Assembly: GCA_963714975.1 (NCBI GenBank)
Contig: CAVQQD010000002.1
Coordinates: 192,001-256,000, forward strand
Reading direction: 5' to 3'
Length of the DNA: 64,000 nt
Origin: an uncultured Gammaproteobacteria bacterium
GTDB taxonomy: Bacteria > Pseudomonadota > Gammaproteobacteria > JAURND01
The notes beneath the pieces were generated by a model, which was given only the letters and a program-made list of their open reading frames with translations, did not search any database and was not told where the DNA came from. Shown in pieces: positions 61,801-64,000 of the stretch. A program made the translations under genes and the position numbers. Numbering within the stretch: the first letter of the stretch is position 1; each line of letters begins with the position of its first letter.

Positions 61801-63682
61801 CAGTGATAAGTAATGGACATATCCTACATATAGCAAGTGATAGAATACGTCCAGACATAGAGCTATTATCAGAATATATTAATCTTCATAAAATTTACCT
61901 AGCAACCATACCACCCGCATTATTATCGGTAGATACTTTATTGCCACTGAGCATTTTAGTAGTTGCCGGAGAAAAAACAACAAAGATATATTGAAGTTTT
62001 ACCGAAATAATCAAATAGCTGTAGTCAATGGTTATGGACCTACAGAATCGACAGTCTGCGCCACATTAAATCACTATCATGAAAATGATTTAAGTACCGA
62101 CATTGGGAAACCAATCGCTAACATTACAATCTATATTTTAGATATCTATTTAAACCCAATACCGATTGGCGCGATAGGTGAACTGTACATCGGAGGAGCC
62201 GGGCTAGCCCGCGGCTATTTAAATCTTCCTGATTTAACTGCCGAACGTTTTATCCCCAATCTATTTCAAACAGAAGACGAAAAGAAATTTGGAAAAAATA
62301 CACGCCTCTATAAGACCGGTGATTTAGTGCGTTATCTTCCTGATGGCAATCTCGAATATATCGGCAGAAATGATTTTCAAGTTAAAATCCGTGGTTTTAG
62401 AATTGAGCTGGGTGAAATTGAAAATAAATTAATAGCCTACCCAGAAATAAAACAAGCGGTAGTGTTAGTTAAGGAACATCAAACAAACAACGAAAAATAC
62501 CTTGCGGGCTACTATGTTGCAGACCAACCACTCGATGAAAACGCTATGTTAGATTATCTACATCATCAACTTCCTGAATACATGGTGCCTAGTGTCTTGG
62601 TTTATTTAACCCAACTACCTTTAACCATCAATGGGAAATTAGATCGTAGCGCATTACCTGATCCAGAATTGAGTAAAATCACTGAATATGTACCTCCTCG
62701 CAATGATTTAGAACGAAAAGTCTGTGATATTTACGCAGCAGTTTTAGGTTTACCACCTACTTCTGTGGGCATTCGGGATAATTTCTTTCGCTTAGGGGGT
62801 AATAGTATTCTTGCAGTCAAATTAATCGCACTATTAAATAAAAAGTGTAATACTTATTTAAAAGTTGCAGAATTGTTTAGTTCTAAATCTATTCTAGATT
62901 TAATAAAACTAATAACAACAATGCGTATAAAATATAAGACCATTGTAAAGCTTAATAATGCTAAAAATAAACCATTAATGTTAATGATCCATCCAGGTAA
63001 TGGTGGGTGTGAAGTTTACGCAGATTTAGCAAAACGCTCGTCCAATTTTTATGCTTGTTATGGCATAGATAATTATAACTTATATCATAGAGATAAATTT
63101 CAAACGCTGCACAGTCTATCTAATTACTACTTAAGTCTTATAGAAAAACAATTTGACTTAAACAACAAACAAACTGAAATCATATTATTTGGGTGGTCAT
63201 TAGGGGGTTTAATTAGTCTTGAAATAGCCAATATCCTAGAGCAACGTAGTCATACTCGCATAAGAGTTTATTTATTAGATACTATTATCGACGACGAACA
63301 ATTGACACAACTAAAACAATTAAATGAAAAAATAATTAAAAAACAAATTTATGAATATTTTAAGAAAAATTATAATAAAAATTATGCACGAAAAATCATT
63401 GATAACTTTAGTATCGAAGAAAAAATAGGTCATGAAAAGATTTCTGATTTTTTGCGTTATACAAAAATAACTTTATTCAAAGCCATGCAGAAAGATACCA
63501 CAATTGAAGCAACTGCTTCAATTGGTGAATATATCGAAAATTTACCCTACAACAATGTAGACAAAATTGTACGCGATCTTTCTCAACTGACGGTTGTTAA
63601 TGTCGAGCAGGCTAATCACTCAAACATTCTGAAATTTCAGGAAATATTGTTACAGCACTTAGTTAGTCCAAAAATTCTCTAA
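43815..63682 (+). CDS. NRPS 2: docking-C-A-T-E-C-A-T-E-C-A-T-C-A-T-C-A-T-TE (~6600 aa; apparent 1-nt frameshift near 61980)
   Basis: HHIAFDG and HHAILDG C domains, HHLLIDAVSW E domains after GGDSI T domains, five A domains, TE with GWSLGG; ORFs 43815..61994 and 61991..63682 join within A7. Confidence 0.93.
46431..54800 (+). repeat. Intragenic ~3.7-kb direct repeat (offset 4680 bp): A C-terminus-T-E-C
   Basis: 46431-~50120 is near-identical to 51111-~54800, with only scattered substitutions. Confidence 0.9.
55118..61490 (+). repeat. Intragenic tandem duplication of a whole module (3204-bp period)
   Basis: ~55118-58290 is near-identical to ~58322-61490; duplicates Gly A core-T-C-A N-terminus. 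Confidence 0.9.
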
Positions 63683-63818
63683 TTCCTTGAGGAAGTTTGA
63701 TTTGGGTCTTAGCCTTATAACGCATCTCATATACCTATCCGATGCACATAAATCGGTCAGCAATTCTCGCTGAAACCCTATTCCCCGACGGGTCCTGCCG
63801 CGGCACCCCACCGTGCTC

Positions 63819-63924
63819 GTAGCATCATATCCCTTCTCCCACAATGCTTTTTTGTGGGAGAAAAGGTGGCCGCCAGGCCGAATGAGGGTGTTTGAAATGG
63901 CTATAAGAAGGGATATGATGCTAC
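63819..63924. repeat. REP-like element enclosed by a 19-bp perfect inverted repeat, downstream of the NRPS
   Basis: GTAGCATCATATCCCTTCT / AGAAGGGATATGATGCTAC around CTTCTCCCACAA...TTGTGGGAGAA. Confidence 0.75.
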
Positions 63925-64000
63925 TGCGCGCGATGGGGTCCCCGCCTCCACGTCACCCGCCGGTGTAATGACGGAGCAGGAGAATTGTTGCTTTTTTTTG

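Noticed and set aside
61960-62000. A separate third NRPS gene or programmed frameshift at 61991
   Set aside because: The break lies inside A7 in an A-rich run; adding one base restores the frame
1-64000. tRNA or rRNA genes
   Set aside because: No cloverleaf or rRNA signatures noticed in the intergenic regions; a tRNAscan/Infernal run would confirm

Overview
Gammaproteobacterial chromosome segment, most consistent with a Legionellales/Coxiellaceae-like lineage (S7 insertion, long four-Cys S14, PmrA-like boxes, ankyrin-like effector candidate; this placement is inference). From left to right: a stand-alone response regulator, two tandem AAA-ATPase/PD-(D/E)XK paralogues flanking a membrane protein, dctA, the complete fused str-S10-spc-alpha ribosomal cluster (7.0-25.5 kb) with palindromic repeats in many spacers, ssb/MFS/uvrA/hemE, an ankyrin-like effector candidate, and a ~28 kb AT-rich two-gene, seven-module NRPS (35.7-63.7 kb). 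The NRPS reads Cstarter-A-T-C-A-T // docking-C-A-T-E-C-A-T-E-C-A-T-C-A-T-C-A-T-TE. Hand-read specificity codes predict acyl-Asp-X-D-Ile-D-Thr-Gly-Gly-Phe. It shows very recent module duplication and A-subdomain swapping, and two copies of one IS4-family element sit in its putative promoter and its starter C domain. Indels in essential ribosomal genes show the assembly has errors, so single frameshifts should not be read as pseudogenes.
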